From: Sulfurihydrogenibium sp. | GTDB lineage: Bacteria > Aquificota > Aquificia > Aquificales > Hydrogenothermaceae | Length of the DNA stretch: 34,647 bases | Direction: 5' to 3' | Assembly: GCA_037442825.1 (NCBI GenBank) | Contig: JBBIPN010000004.1 | Span: forward strand, 1 to 34,647 | Notes under the pieces: generated by a model | What the model saw: only the letters and a program-made list of their open reading frames with translations | Database searches by the model: none | What the model was told of the DNA's origin: nothing | In this document: positions 12,438 through 22,847 of the stretch, in pieces | Layout: each line of letters begins with the position of its first letter | Numbering within the stretch: position 1 is the first letter of the stretch | Program-made: the position numbers and the translations under genes

Positions 12438-13355
12438 ATGGTATATAAAGAAAATGTTTTAAAAGAAAGGGAGCTTGATACAGATAAAAAGAAAGTATTG
12501 TTGGCTATTTTTTTAAATATTTTAATTGTATTTTTACAAATTTTATTTGGTTTTATTGCTAACTCTATATCTTTAATAACAGATGCAATACATAACTTCC
12601 AGGATGTTATTGGTTTAGTAATTACACTTTTAGCTATAGTAATAATGTCAAAGAAGCCAAGCTTTGAAATGACTTTTGGATTTTTAAAAGCAGAATCAAT
12701 GGCTGCTTTTTTAAATAGCTTAACACTAATCTTTACACTTACGTTTATTTTGCATCAATCCATTTTAAGACTTGTAAATCCAGAAGAAGTAAAAGGATTG
12801 TATGTAATAATATTTGGTTTTTTAGGTTTTTTAATAAATTTATTTTCTGCTTTAATCCTAAAAAATCATCATCACCATGGTCATGAAGAAGATCATGAAG
12901 ATATAAATATAAAATCAGCTTACTTACATCTTTTAAGTGATGCTTTTTTATCATTATCTGTTGTAATAGGTGGAATATTTATCTATTTATTTAACATCTA
13001 CTTAATAGATCCGTTACTTTCTATAGCTTTTTCTTTATATATTATAAAGGAAACAGTACCGGTATTAAAAGGTAGTTATAGAATATTAATTGAAGGAACT
13101 CCATATAATATAGATTTAAAACACCTGATTGACAATATAAAAAGACATGTTCCAGAAATAGTAGAAATTCATGATATTCATCTATGGTCACTTTCTTCAA
13201 AAGACATTTATTTTTCAACACATATTGTTATAAAGGACATTAGTAAATCAATGGATGTGTTGGAAAAATTGGAGAATCTGTTGAAAGAGTATAATATAGG
13301 ACATTCTACTATCCAAATTGAAACTACAGATAAAAAATGTGATATAGTCCACTAA
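12438..13355 (+). CDS. Cation diffusion facilitator (CzcD/ZitB-like Zn/Co/Cd exporter)
   Basis: SLITDAIHNFQD, TFGFLKAE, His-rich loop HHHHGHEEDH, AYLHLLSD, HDIHLW and HSTIQIE. Confidence 0.93.
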   Translation: MVYKENVLKERELDTDKKKVLLAIFLNILIVFLQILFGFIANSISLITDAIHNFQDVIGLVITLLAIVIMSKKPSFEMTFGFLKAESMAAFLNSLTLIFTLTFILHQSILRLVNPEEVKGLYVIIFGFLGFLINLFSALILKNHHHHGHEEDHEDINIKSAYLHLLSDAFLSLSVVIGGIFIYLFNIYLIDPLLSIAFSLYIIKETVPVLKGSYRILIEGTPYNIDLKHLIDNIKRHVPEIVEIHDIHLWSLSSKDIYFSTHIVIKDISKSMDVLEKLENLLKEYNIGHSTIQIETTDKKCDIVH

Positions 13356-13360
13356 GACTT

Positions 13361-13591
13361 TTAAATAATCTTTAAAATCCTTAAAATTAGGTTTATCAAA
13401 ATTAAAATAACCCAGAAGAAAACAATAAAAACTATACTAAATTCCAAACTCATCAAAAATATTTTTAAAAGTAAGAAGAAAAGGTATGGTATTGCAATTA
13501 TTGATACGATAAATACAATACCAATAAGTAAAAATACTATAAAGGCAACAAGATAGTTTTTTAAAGTTAATTCATTGGTAGACTTTAACAT
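13361..13591 (-). CDS. Hypothetical small membrane protein
   Basis: 76-aa hydrophobic ORF filling the gap after mqnE. Start uncertain and no recognisable motif. Confidence 0.4.
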   Translation of the reverse strand: MLKSTNELTLKNYLVAFIVFLLIGIVFIVSIIAIPYLFFLLLKIFLMSLEFSIVFIVFFWVILILINLILRILKII

Positions 13592-14696
13592 GGTTGTATA
13601 ATGTATCTCTCTCTACTGGTATTTTTCCAGCTTCTTTAATAAGTTTAATTAATCTTTCTTTTTGTTGTTGTGTTGGAGATTTTGCACCAGCAAAGTGTGC
13701 TATTTTTTCTTCCATTACAGTTCCATCCATATCATCAGCACCAAAGTTTAAAGCAACTTGAGCTGTTTTTTCCCCTGTCATAACCCAGTATGCTTTTATA
13801 TGAGGAATGTTATCTAAAAATAGTCTTGAAACGGCTATAGTTTTTAAATCATCTATGCCTGTTGTATAATCGTTAACTTCTAAATCGTTGTTTTCTGGCT
13901 GGTATGCAAGTGGTATAAAACATGTGAAACCATTGGTTTCATCTTGTAGTTCTCTAATTTTTTCGATGTGGTCAACTCTATCTTCATATGTTTCAACATG
14001 ACCATACAACATTGTAGTTGTAGAGTGTAAACCAAGCATGTGAGCTATTTTATGGATTTCAAGATATTTTATATATCCTATCTTTTTAGGAGCTATTATT
14101 TTTCTAACTTTTGGAGAGAATATCTCAGCTCCACCACCTGGAAGGCTACCAAGACCTGCTTCTTTTAATTTTAAAAGTACCTCTTCATAAGTTAATCCAG
14201 AAAGTTTTGAAAAATAATCTATCTCTATAGCTGTAAAAGCTTTTATATGTAATGTTGGAAAATTTTTCTTTATTATGGAAACAATATTTAAATATCTTTC
14301 AAAACTCCATTCAGGATGAAGTCCACCTACTATATGAACTTCTGTTGCACCATTTTCAACAGCATATTTAGCTTTTTCTAAAATTTGCTCATAACTCATT
14401 TCATAAGCTTTCGGACTGTTTTTATCCATATCAGCAAAAGCACAGAATTTACAGTCTAAAACGCAAACATTTGTTGGATTTATCTGTCTATTTATTACAA
14501 AGTAAGCATACTTACCATTCTTTTTCTCATTTACATAGTTAGCTAAAAAACCTATTGTTAGTAAGTCATTAGATTTAAAGAGTTTTACACCATCATCAAA
14601 AGTTAATCTATTTCCAGAAAGGACTTTATCTATTATAGGAAATAGTGTTTTATCTTGAGCTAACATTAAAAATTCATCTATTGTTAAGTTTTCCAT
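13572..14696 (-). CDS. mqnE: Aminofutalosine synthase (radical SAM; futalosine menaquinone pathway)
   Basis: NPTNVCVLDCKFCAF, PGGGAEIF, HIKAYWVM...AQVALNFGADDMDGTVMEEKIAHFAGA and PVERDTLYN. ATG 14696 follows GAGG (GTG 14708 is an alternative). Confidence 0.88.
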   Translation of the reverse strand: MENLTIDEFLMLAQDKTLFPIIDKVLSGNRLTFDDGVKLFKSNDLLTIGFLANYVNEKKNGKYAYFVINRQINPTNVCVLDCKFCAFADMDKNSPKAYEMSYEQILEKAKYAVENGATEVHIVGGLHPEWSFERYLNIVSIIKKNFPTLHIKAFTAIEIDYFSKLSGLTYEEVLLKLKEAGLGSLPGGGAEIFSPKVRKIIAPKKIGYIKYLEIHKIAHMLGLHSTTTMLYGHVETYEDRVDHIEKIRELQDETNGFTCFIPLAYQPENNDLEVNDYTTGIDDLKTIAVSRLFLDNIPHIKAYWVMTGEKTAQVALNFGADDMDGTVMEEKIAHFAGAKSPTQQQKERLIKLIKEAGKIPVERDTLYNHVKVYQ

Positions 14697-14704
14697 CTTT
14701 TTCC

Positions 14705-16000
14705 TCACTTAGAAACTTTTTCTAAATGTTGATAAAATCCTGGATAGGAAATATATACACAATCAGCATCCTTTATTGTTATCCCTTCTTCTGATACCAA
14801 TCCAAGTATTGAGAATCCCATAGCTATCCTATGATCTTTAAAGGAATCCACAAATCCACCTTTAATTTTTTGTTTACCTTTAATTATCATACCATCAGTT
14901 AGCTCTTCAACTTCAATACCAAGATTTTTAAGATTATCTACTATAGCTTTAATTCTATCACTTTCTTTTACTCTAAGTTCTTCGGCACCTGTTATTATGG
15001 TTTCTCCTTCTGCTTGTGTTGCAACTATAGCAAGTAATGGTATTTCATCAATCATTGAAGGAACTTCCTCTTTTACAACTTTACATCCTTTTAACTCACT
15101 AAATTTAATAACAATTTCTGCTATTTTTTCACCAGCTTCTTCTCTTTCGTTTTTATATTCAATATCAGCACCCATTTCTTTAAGTTTTCTAAAAAATCCA
15201 TCTCTTGTTTTGTTGATAAGAACATCTTTAAGTTCTATATGTGATTTTGGAACTATTGCTGCAGCAGCTGCAAAAAATGCTGCAGAAGAAGGGTCAGCAG
15301 GAACATTTATATCTATTGGTTCTAAGTCTGTTGATTTTGTTATACTAACTACATACTTATTTTCAAAAGATGATTCTACTATATTAGCCCCCATAGACTT
15401 TAACATGTTTTCAGTATGGTTTCTTGAGATAACAGGTTCAATAACTGTCGTTGTGTCATCTGCGTATAAACCGGCTAAAAGTAATGCAGATTTTACCTGT
15501 GCAGACATCTTTTCATTAAAAAACTCTATACCTTTTAAATTTCCACCTCTTATAGATATAGGTAAAAGCTCTCCATTTTTTCTTCCGTCTATTTTTGCTC
15601 CCATCTGTATTAAAGGTTTTGCTACTCTTTTCATAGGTCTTCTTCTTAAACTATCATCTCCAGTCATTGTAACAAAGAAATCTTGACCAGATAAAACGCC
15701 AAGTGTTAATCTTGTAGTTGTTCCAGAATTACCCATATCAAGAACATCTTCTGGCTCATTTAACCCATAAATTCCTTTTCCTTCTATATAAAAAATATTA
15801 TCTTTTTCATAAATGTTAACACCTAACTTTCTATAAACATTTACAGTTGTAAGTGTATCACCTGCTTTTAAGAAATTTTTGACAAAAGATCTTCCTTTTG
15901 CTAATGAAGGTAAAATGATAGCTCTATGAGAGATTGATTTATCAGAAGGTACTCTTAAGCTACCTTCTATTTTTTCCGTTTTTTTTACTGTTTTTTCCAT
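14705..16000 (-). CDS. aroA: 3-phosphoshikimate 1-carboxyvinyltransferase
   Basis: PSDKSISHRA, GNSGTTTRL, SAQVKSA, ELRVKESDRI and DHRIAM. Confidence 0.99.
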   Translation of the reverse strand: MEKTVKKTEKIEGSLRVPSDKSISHRAIILPSLAKGRSFVKNFLKAGDTLTTVNVYRKLGVNIYEKDNIFYIEGKGIYGLNEPEDVLDMGNSGTTTRLTLGVLSGQDFFVTMTGDDSLRRRPMKRVAKPLIQMGAKIDGRKNGELLPISIRGGNLKGIEFFNEKMSAQVKSALLLAGLYADDTTTVIEPVISRNHTENMLKSMGANIVESSFENKYVVSITKSTDLEPIDINVPADPSSAAFFAAAAAIVPKSHIELKDVLINKTRDGFFRKLKEMGADIEYKNEREEAGEKIAEIVIKFSELKGCKVVKEEVPSMIDEIPLLAIVATQAEGETIITGAEELRVKESDRIKAIVDNLKNLGIEVEELTDGMIIKGKQKIKGGFVDSFKDHRIAMGFSILGLVSEEGITIKDADCVYISYPGFYQHLEKVSK

Positions 16001-16728
16001 TTTCCACTCCTTTTAAAAATTTCCCATAATGATATGGATGTTGCATTTGAAACATTTAAAGATGTAATTTTACCTACCATTGGTATAGTAGCAACTATAT
16101 CAGATTCTTCTATCAATAATTTTGATACACCTTTACCTTCTGAACCTACTATAAGACATAAAGGAGAAGGAAAATCTATCTCGTCTATGTTTTTACCGCC
16201 TTTTTCTACAGCAACTACCCAACCACCTTTCTTTTTAAACTTTTCTAATACATTTCTCAAGTTTCCTACTTTCGCTATTGGTAAATGAAAAACTGCACCT
16301 GTAGATGCTTTTACTACAACTTCATTTATAGGACTTGACCTTTCTTTTGGGATAATAACACCGCTAACTCCAAAAACTTCAGCAGTTCTTAAAATACTTC
16401 CTACGTTTTGTGGATCTGTAATATGGTCCAATATAAGCATTATCCCATTTTCTTTTATTGTTTTATCTATTATTTTATCTTCACTAAAGTATTTTATTGG
16501 GCTAACTAAGGCTATAACACCCTGTGTTTTTTTTGTCCTAGCAAGTTCTTCTATCTTTTGTCTTGAGACTTTTTGAACTTTAACTTTTTTTTCTGATGCT
16601 AAATCTAAAAGCTCTTTCGGTGGATGAGAATCATGGGCTATAAGTATTTTTTCAAGGCTTCTGTTTGATTTTAAAGCTTCTATAACTGGATTTCTACCCC
16701 AGATTACAAGTTCGTTTTCTTTACTCAA
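15985..16728 (-). CDS. rlmB: 23S rRNA (G2251) 2'-O-methyltransferase
   Basis: [32 protein letters not shown] and SLNVSNA (SPOUT motifs). Confidence 0.93.
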   Translation of the reverse strand: MSKENELVIWGRNPVIEALKSNRSLEKILIAHDSHPPKELLDLASEKKVKVQKVSRQKIEELARTKKTQGVIALVSPIKYFSEDKIIDKTIKENGIMLILDHITDPQNVGSILRTAEVFGVSGVIIPKERSSPINEVVVKASTGAVFHLPIAKVGNLRNVLEKFKKKGGWVVAVEKGGKNIDEIDFPSPLCLIVGSEGKGVSKLLIEESDIVATIPMVGKITSLNVSNATSISLWEIFKRSGKWKKQ

Positions 16729-17656
16729 ATTTTTCTCCTACCTTTATTTTATACCCTCTTATAGCATCTTGTGATGTTATAGGTTTTCCATTTGGAAACT
16801 GTAGTAATTTTATCAGTAAGCATTTATCTCCTGTTGTAACTACAATACCAAGTTTGTCATCAACTTTGACTATTTCACCTGGTTTTGCATCTGTATTACA
16901 TTCAATAACTTTTGAATCTAATATTTTAACTTCTTCTTCCCTAAAAGTTGTATAAGCTTTTGGCCAAATTTTTAAAGCTCTTATCTGATTAAATATATCT
17001 TTAGCTGGTTTTGACCAATCTATCTTACCTTCCGATTTTTCAATAGGTTTTGCATATGTAGATTTAGAATGATCTTGTGGTGTTTTTGAGATTTCATTTT
17101 TTTCTATTTTGTCTAGAACTTCTATTAAAAGGTTTGCTCCTACAGTTGCTAACTTTTCATGTAAAGAGATTATATCATCACTTTCTTCTATATTAATTTC
17201 TCTACATTCGTACACGTCACCAGCATCAAGTTCTTTTACTATCTCCATTATACAAACACCAGTTTTATCCATCCCATCCATTATAGCTCTTTGTATAGGT
17301 GCAGCTCCTCTGTATAAAGGCAGTAAAGATGCATGTACATTTATGGTTTTATACTTTGGAATGTTTATTATCTCTTCTGGTAAAATTTTTCCATAAGCTA
17401 CCACAACAGATATATCTGGATTTAAATCTTTTATAAGATTAATAAATTCTTCATTACCTTTTAACTTTTCTGGTTGATATACTGGAATGTTATGTTTTAA
17501 AGCTTCTTCTTTTACTGGTGTAGGCAAGACTTTTTTACCTCTACCTTTTGGTTTATCAGGTTGTGTAACTACTGCTATAACTTGATGGTTTGAGTTTAAA
17601 AGTGCTTTTAAACTATAAACTGCAAATTCAGGTGTTCCCCAAAACAGTACTCTCAT
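16721..17656 (-). CDS. fmt: Methionyl-tRNA formyltransferase
   Basis: [35 protein letters not shown] and LDAGD. Confidence 0.99.
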   Translation of the reverse strand: MRVLFWGTPEFAVYSLKALLNSNHQVIAVVTQPDKPKGRGKKVLPTPVKEEALKHNIPVYQPEKLKGNEEFINLIKDLNPDISVVVAYGKILPEEIINIPKYKTINVHASLLPLYRGAAPIQRAIMDGMDKTGVCIMEIVKELDAGDVYECREINIEESDDIISLHEKLATVGANLLIEVLDKIEKNEISKTPQDHSKSTYAKPIEKSEGKIDWSKPAKDIFNQIRALKIWPKAYTTFREEEVKILDSKVIECNTDAKPGEIVKVDDKLGIVVTTGDKCLLIKLLQFPNGKPITSQDAIRGYKIKVGEKFE

Positions 17657-18671
17657 TAACTTCCTCTTTATTTTTTAGTTTATCTCTAACTTCTCTTATT
17701 AGGTTAATAAGTTTATCAATATTTTCTCTTGTAATCAATGATATAGCAACAAAAGGAATATTTTTTTCTTTAAAGTATTTTTCAAGTTCGTTTAACATAG
17801 ATTTATCGTTTAAAGCATCTATCTTATTAGCTACTACTATCTGTGGTTTAGTTAATAAATCTGGTGAGTATTTTTCAAGTTCTTTGTTTATCTTGCTAAA
17901 TGCTTCTATTGGATGCATCTCTCTAAAATCAGACACATCTATTAGATGTATTAAAAATCTTGTTCTTTCTATATGTCTTAGAAATTCATGACCTAAACCA
18001 GCTCCTTCTGATGCACCTTCTATCAATCCTGGTATATCTGCTAAAACAATAAAATCGTTTACGTCAAGTTGAAGTACACCTAAAACAGGTGTTAATGTTG
18101 TAAATGGATAATCTGCTATTTTTGGTTTTGCTTTTGAAAGTATAGATATAAGTGTAGATTTTCCAGCATTTGGGAATCCAATAATACCTACATCTGCAAG
18201 AAGTTTTAATTCAAGCTCTATCCATTTTTCTTCGCCAGGTTCTCCTTTTTCGGCTGTCATAGGTGCTTGGTTTGTTGCAGATTTAAATGCTGCATTACCC
18301 TTTCCACCTTTACCACCCTTTGCTACAACTACAGATTGACCATCTTTTACTAAATCTGCAATAACCTCTCCTGTTTGAGTATCTTTTACAACAGTTCCAA
18401 CAGGTACTTTTAAAATTAAAGGTTCTCCATCTTTCCCTTTTTTATTTCCACCTTGTCCATGAGACCCTTTTTTTGCTTTATAATGTCTTTTATATTTAAA
18501 GTCCATCAATGTTTGTAAATTTTTATCTGCTATTATAATAACATCTCCACCTTTTCCACCATCTCCACCAGCTGGGCCACCCATAGGAACAAACTTTTCT
18601 CTTAAAAATGCAACACATCCATTTCCACCATCCCCAGCTTTTACATATATTTTTGCCTTATCTATAAACAT
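17628..18671 (-). CDS. obgE: GTPase ObgE/CgtA (short form)
   Basis: Gly-rich Obg fold, [24 protein letters not shown] and NKID. AAGGAG RBS. Confidence 0.99.
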   Translation of the reverse strand: MFIDKAKIYVKAGDGGNGCVAFLREKFVPMGGPAGGDGGKGGDVIIIADKNLQTLMDFKYKRHYKAKKGSHGQGGNKKGKDGEPLILKVPVGTVVKDTQTGEVIADLVKDGQSVVVAKGGKGGKGNAAFKSATNQAPMTAEKGEPGEEKWIELELKLLADVGIIGFPNAGKSTLISILSKAKPKIADYPFTTLTPVLGVLQLDVNDFIVLADIPGLIEGASEGAGLGHEFLRHIERTRFLIHLIDVSDFREMHPIEAFSKINKELEKYSPDLLTKPQIVVANKIDALNDKSMLNELEKYFKEKNIPFVAISLITRENIDKLINLIREVRDKLKNKEEVNESTVLGNT

Positions 18672-18833
18672 CTAAACTCCTTTTTAAATTAAAAAATTAA
18701 AATTCAAGCAATACATATTATTACTTTCTATTTAAAGTTTCAATACAGATGATAAATTTTGGTATAAGGGATAGTATTTTTAAAATTAAAAAGTATAGAT
18801 TTTATCTAAATCAATCCTTCACCTTAAGAAAAT

Positions 18834-19340
18834 TTAAAACATTGCTTTTATCAAATATAACACCATATCCTGTTTATCTATTATCAAACCTTTTAAACTA
18901 TCCTTTTAAATACCTTCATCTATCAACAAATCAGCCAAAGTCTTCATATCTTCACCTCTATTCCTAATATCTTCCTCTTCCCATCTTCTATATCTATAGT
19001 CTTTAAACTACACAAATACAAACAACTCTATTAACAATTTAACAGCTTTTACAAACTCATTATTATCAATATCACTTATCTGATTAGTATCAAACAGCAA
19101 ATATTACTCAAATCATCTTCCAAAACAGATAAGATATAATTAAGAAGCTGTATAAAGATTCTTTTCAACATAAGATTTATGCTTAATGAAATAATTTTTT
19201 TGATTTTGAGGAAGGTATTTTTCAGTAGGGATAGGGGTAATAGAGTTAAGTTCAATATGTTTAGCTACATTTGAGAAGAAGTAATTTAAAAATGTTTTGA
19301 TGTTTTTTGATTGTTGAATATAAATTTAAAGTTTATCTTT
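18834..19340 (-). pseudogene. Heavily degraded Rpn/YhgA-like (PD-(D/E)XK recombination-promoting nuclease / putative transposase) remnant
   Basis: Minus-strand fragments in family order across several frames: NIKTFLNYFFSNVAKHIELNSITPIPTEKY; KHKSYVEK (HKSY at 19181-19170, cf. EHKSY); IQLLNYILSVLEDD; YLLFDTNQISD; GEDMKTLADLLIDEGI*KDSLKGLIIDKQDMVLYLIKAMF. Family recognised from memory, not by search. Confidence 0.7.
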
Positions 19341-19374
19341 TGTATTTCGTTTTCTTTTATAGGTTAGTTTATTA

Positions 19375-20598
19375 CTACTTACCATTTAAATTCATTAAGT
19401 CATAAACTTTTTGATTATAGTTATACAAAGTATTTATATATTTTAACTGAGCTGATAGGTAGTTGTTTTGAGAATCTAATACTTCAACAATATTTGTTAT
19501 ATTAGATTTAAATCGTTCTGTTGACAATCTTAATGCTTCTTGTGCTACTTTTAAGTTTTCTTCATCTGCTATAAGTTGTATTTCAAGAGATTTTAGATCA
19601 GCTTTAGTTTTATTTAATGTTGTTTTTAATTCCATTGTTTTATCTTGTAGAGATACTTCATATTTAGATTTGTCTATTTTTGATTGTAAAACTCTACTGT
19701 CTTTAGCAAAACCATCAAAGATTTGCCAATTAAGAGAAATACCTAAATTGTAACCTTTTTTCCAAATTTCTTCATTTTGAGGAAATTTTATTTGATTGTT
19801 TACTTGATAATTTATAAAAGCTGATAAGGATGGATAGTTTGTACTTTGCTGATATTCTATTTGTTTTTTAGCTAAGTTTATTTGGCTTTTTAATACTTTC
19901 AGTGAGGTGCTATTTTCAATGTTAACATCTTCTGTGAATGAAAATTTATCCAATCTTCCTTCAGGTGGTGTTATATCTTCAACCATTAAAAATCTTTTTA
20001 AATCTTCTATAGATTTTTCATAGTTTGTTTTTGCTATTTCATAATCAGCTTCTGAAGATTTTAATTGAGAAAGTGCTCTCATATAATCATACTTAGCCAA
20101 TAGACCTGCTTTATATTTTTCTTCTATATATTTAGCATTAACTTGCCAATATTTTAAACTTTCTTCTTTTAATTTTAATATTTCTTTATTTGCTAATGTA
20201 ACTAAAAACAATCTTCGTGTTGTATCTTTTATTTGTTGATGTATATCTTCCTTTATAACTTTGTATAGTTCCATGTTTTCCTTTGCTATTTTTATTAGAT
20301 TAAATATTTGATAGTCAAATATTTTTTGATTAAGTCCAATTTTTGCATTGTACTGGTTTTTTGGTGTAAATCCTGATATATAGTTAGGATCCCATCTTGT
20401 ATAAGAACCTGTTAAATTTATTTGAGGTAATATACTACTTTTTGCTTCTTTTATTTGAAGTTCTGCTTTTTCTATATCTTTTGCATTTAGCTTTATATTT
20501 GTCGCATTTTTTTCTGCTATAGATAAAGCTTCATCTAAAGTTATAGAATAAGTAGTAGAAAATGATAGAAATAAACTAAATAATATTAATTTTTTCAT
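19375..20598 (-). CDS. TolC-family outer membrane efflux protein
   Basis: Signal peptide, ITLDEAL, LPQINL / YPSLSA repeats, WQIFDG and VLDSQNNY. Confidence 0.92.
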   Translation of the reverse strand: MKKLILFSLFLSFSTTYSITLDEALSIAEKNATNIKLNAKDIEKAELQIKEAKSSILPQINLTGSYTRWDPNYISGFTPKNQYNAKIGLNQKIFDYQIFNLIKIAKENMELYKVIKEDIHQQIKDTTRRLFLVTLANKEILKLKEESLKYWQVNAKYIEEKYKAGLLAKYDYMRALSQLKSSEADYEIAKTNYEKSIEDLKRFLMVEDITPPEGRLDKFSFTEDVNIENSTSLKVLKSQINLAKKQIEYQQSTNYPSLSAFINYQVNNQIKFPQNEEIWKKGYNLGISLNWQIFDGFAKDSRVLQSKIDKSKYEVSLQDKTMELKTTLNKTKADLKSLEIQLIADEENLKVAQEALRLSTERFKSNITNIVEVLDSQNNYLSAQLKYINTLYNYNQKVYDLMNLNGK

Positions 20599-21686
20599 TT
20601 TTTATCCCCAATAACTTTTACTTCTGTAGAATCTTTTATATTCATTAAGTTAGAAATAATAACTTTATCTCCTTCTCTTAAATTCCCAGTTATATAAACA
20701 TACCCTGCTTCTTGTTTAACTAATTTTACTAAAACTTTTTTAGCTTTATTTTGGTCAACTATATAAACAAAATTATCATTACCAACAAGTTGAACTGCTT
20801 GTTCTGGTATTTTAAAACCTTCCACATTTTCCAACTTTATAAATGCTTTCCCATACATATTTTCTTTTATTGCTTCATCGCTGTTATTTAAAATGGCTTT
20901 CACTGTTATTAAACTATTTTCATTTAGTGAAGATGAGATGTAATCTACTTTTCCTGTTTGTTTTCCAACACCATCTATTTCTATATCTATACTATCTCCA
21001 AGTTTAATATTTTTAATATAAGCTTGAGGTAAGTCAAACATAAACCAGATAGGACTAAGTTTAATTACATAAAACATTTTTGTTTGACTATCTACATAAT
21101 CACCAATACTTATAAACCTTTTTTCTAATATTCCATCAAAAGGTGCCTTTACAACTGTTTCATTTTTTTGTCTTATAAACTCTTTTAAGTTTGCTTTCGC
21201 AGCGTTAAGTTGGTTTAAAACTACTTCCATATCTGTTTTAGCATTATCAAGCTCTTCTTTTGCAATTAGTTCTTTCTCATATAGTTGTTTTCTTCTTTCA
21301 TATATATTTTTCTTATTTAAATATGTTTGTTCTAACTGGTTTATAATAGCTAATTGAGATTCTACTTGATAGTCTTGTTTTTCTGGTTGGATAACTGCAA
21401 GTGTTTGACCAGCTTTTACTTTCTGACCTTCTTCAACAAAAAGATTAATAACTCTACCACTTACCTGAGGTTTTAATGTAGCTGATACTTTAGATAATGT
21501 AGTGCAATTTACAGTGTAAAAAATAGGTATACTTTCTTTTGACACCGTAACTACATCTACTACTGGTATAGGTTTCTGTTTAGGTTTTTCTATTTCTTTT
21601 GGTTTTATTGATTTTAATATTACAAATCCACCTACAAGTATAAAAAATACAAATACTATACTAATATATTTACTTCTATCTTTCAT
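20595..21686 (-). CDS. Efflux RND transporter periplasmic adaptor (MFP)
   Basis: N-terminal TM, PQVSGRV..L.VEEGQKVKAGQ.L, VKAPFDG, IPEQAV and GNLREGDKVI. ATG 21686 follows GGAGAG (21698 is an alternative). Confidence 0.93.
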   Translation of the reverse strand: MKDRSKYISIVFVFFILVGGFVILKSIKPKEIEKPKQKPIPVVDVVTVSKESIPIFYTVNCTTLSKVSATLKPQVSGRVINLFVEEGQKVKAGQTLAVIQPEKQDYQVESQLAIINQLEQTYLNKKNIYERRKQLYEKELIAKEELDNAKTDMEVVLNQLNAAKANLKEFIRQKNETVVKAPFDGILEKRFISIGDYVDSQTKMFYVIKLSPIWFMFDLPQAYIKNIKLGDSIDIEIDGVGKQTGKVDYISSSLNENSLITVKAILNNSDEAIKENMYGKAFIKLENVEGFKIPEQAVQLVGNDNFVYIVDQNKAKKVLVKLVKQEAGYVYITGNLREGDKVIISNLMNIKDSTEVKVIGDKK

Positions 21687-21699
21687 TAAACTCTCCATT

Positions 21700-21748
21700 T
21701 GACTGATTTATCAGTCATATTATATAAAAATTTTAAATTAAGTGTCAA
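21700..21748 (-). promoter_or_regulatory. sigma70 promoter (TTGACA 21748-21743, N18, TATAAT 21724-21719) with operator palindrome TGACTGAT-TT-ATCAGTCA (21700-21717)
   Basis: Consensus -35 and -10 hexamers on the minus strand. A perfect 8-2-8 inverted repeat covers the expected start site. Confidence 0.75.
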
Positions 21749-21786
21749 TAGTATGATAGAATTAATTTATTATCAATACAGAGAGT

Positions 21787-22845
21787 GTGTATATGTTAAT
21801 AAGTTTAGTAATATCGTTTTTAGTATCTCTTATTATATCTATTGTAATAGTTAAACTTTCAAATAAGGTAAAAAAATTAATTACTGACCATATTCATTCT
21901 GGTATCCAAAAGTTTCATAAAACACCAACCCCAAGGATTGGTGGTGTTGCTATCTTTATTGGTGTTTTTATAACTTTAGCAATTAGAGATTTTACAAATT
22001 ATATTCCTTTAATTTTAGCTTCATTCTTAGCTTTTTTCTCGGGTTTATTTGAAGATTTAACTAGAAAATTAAATCCAAAAATGAGGATAATCCTAACTTC
22101 ATTAGGGGCTATTATAGCTTTTTTGTTAGCAGGTGTTAGTATTGTCAGAGTAGATGTTTTATACGTTGATGAAATTTTTAGAATTGGAATTATTTCTTTG
22201 ATTTTTACAGTTATAGCTATAGTTGGTTTGACAAATGCAATAAATATTATTGATGGTTTTAATGGGCTTGCTAGTATGGTTAGCATATCTATTTTATTAG
22301 CTATTTCTTATGTAGCTTTCAAGGTTGGAGATAGTTTTGTACTGGTGTATTCTTTAGTATTAATAGGTGCAATCTTAGGATTTTTTATATTAAACTATCC
22401 TTACGGCTTAATATTTTTAGGTGATGGTGGAGCTTACTTTATAGGATTTTCTATTGCAGTTATGAGTATACTTTTGGTTAAAAAACATCCAGAAGTATCA
22501 GCATGGTTTGCTGTTTTAGTAAATATCTATCCTGTATATGAAACACTATTTTCAATTTATAGAAAGAAATTTTTAAGAAAAAGGTCTCCTACTTCTCCAG
22601 ATGGTCTTCATTTACATATGCTTTTTTATAAAATAATTGTAAAGAAACTTTTAGGTATAAAAAATCCTATTTATAGAAATCCGGCTACAAGTCCTTTAAT
22701 TTGGGTTATAAATATGATAGGAGTAATATCTGCTATTTTATTTTGGAATAACACGATCTTATGTATCTTATTTATTTTGGTTTTCATAATATTTTATACA
22801 GTAGTATATTGGCAGGTTATCTATCAAAAACTTCTGTCTAGATAA
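21787..22845 (+). CDS. Polyprenyl-phosphate HexNAc-1-phosphate transferase (WecA/WbpL, MraY/GT4 family)
   Basis: QKFHKTPTPRIGG, NAINIIDGFNGL, FLGDGGAY, PDGLHLH and many TM segments. Start is GTG 21787 or ATG 21793. Confidence 0.92.
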   Translation: MYMLISLVISFLVSLIISIVIVKLSNKVKKLITDHIHSGIQKFHKTPTPRIGGVAIFIGVFITLAIRDFTNYIPLILASFLAFFSGLFEDLTRKLNPKMRIILTSLGAIIAFLLAGVSIVRVDVLYVDEIFRIGIISLIFTVIAIVGLTNAINIIDGFNGLASMVSISILLAISYVAFKVGDSFVLVYSLVLIGAILGFFILNYPYGLIFLGDGGAYFIGFSIAVMSILLVKKHPEVSAWFAVLVNIYPVYETLFSIYRKKFLRKRSPTSPDGLHLHMLFYKIIVKKLLGIKNPIYRNPATSPLIWVINMIGVISAILFWNNTILCILFILVFIIFYTVVYWQVIYQKLLSR

Positions 22846-22847
22846 GA

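Noticed and set aside
14997..15686. 229-aa plus-strand ORF antisense to aroA
   Set aside because: Shadow frame of a conserved gene. Ser/Ile/Phe-rich composition typical of reverse-complement codons, with no motif.
18749..18967. 72-aa plus-strand ORF in the obgE-tolC gap
   Set aside because: No RBS or motif. It is the antisense of the Rpn remnant's 3' part.
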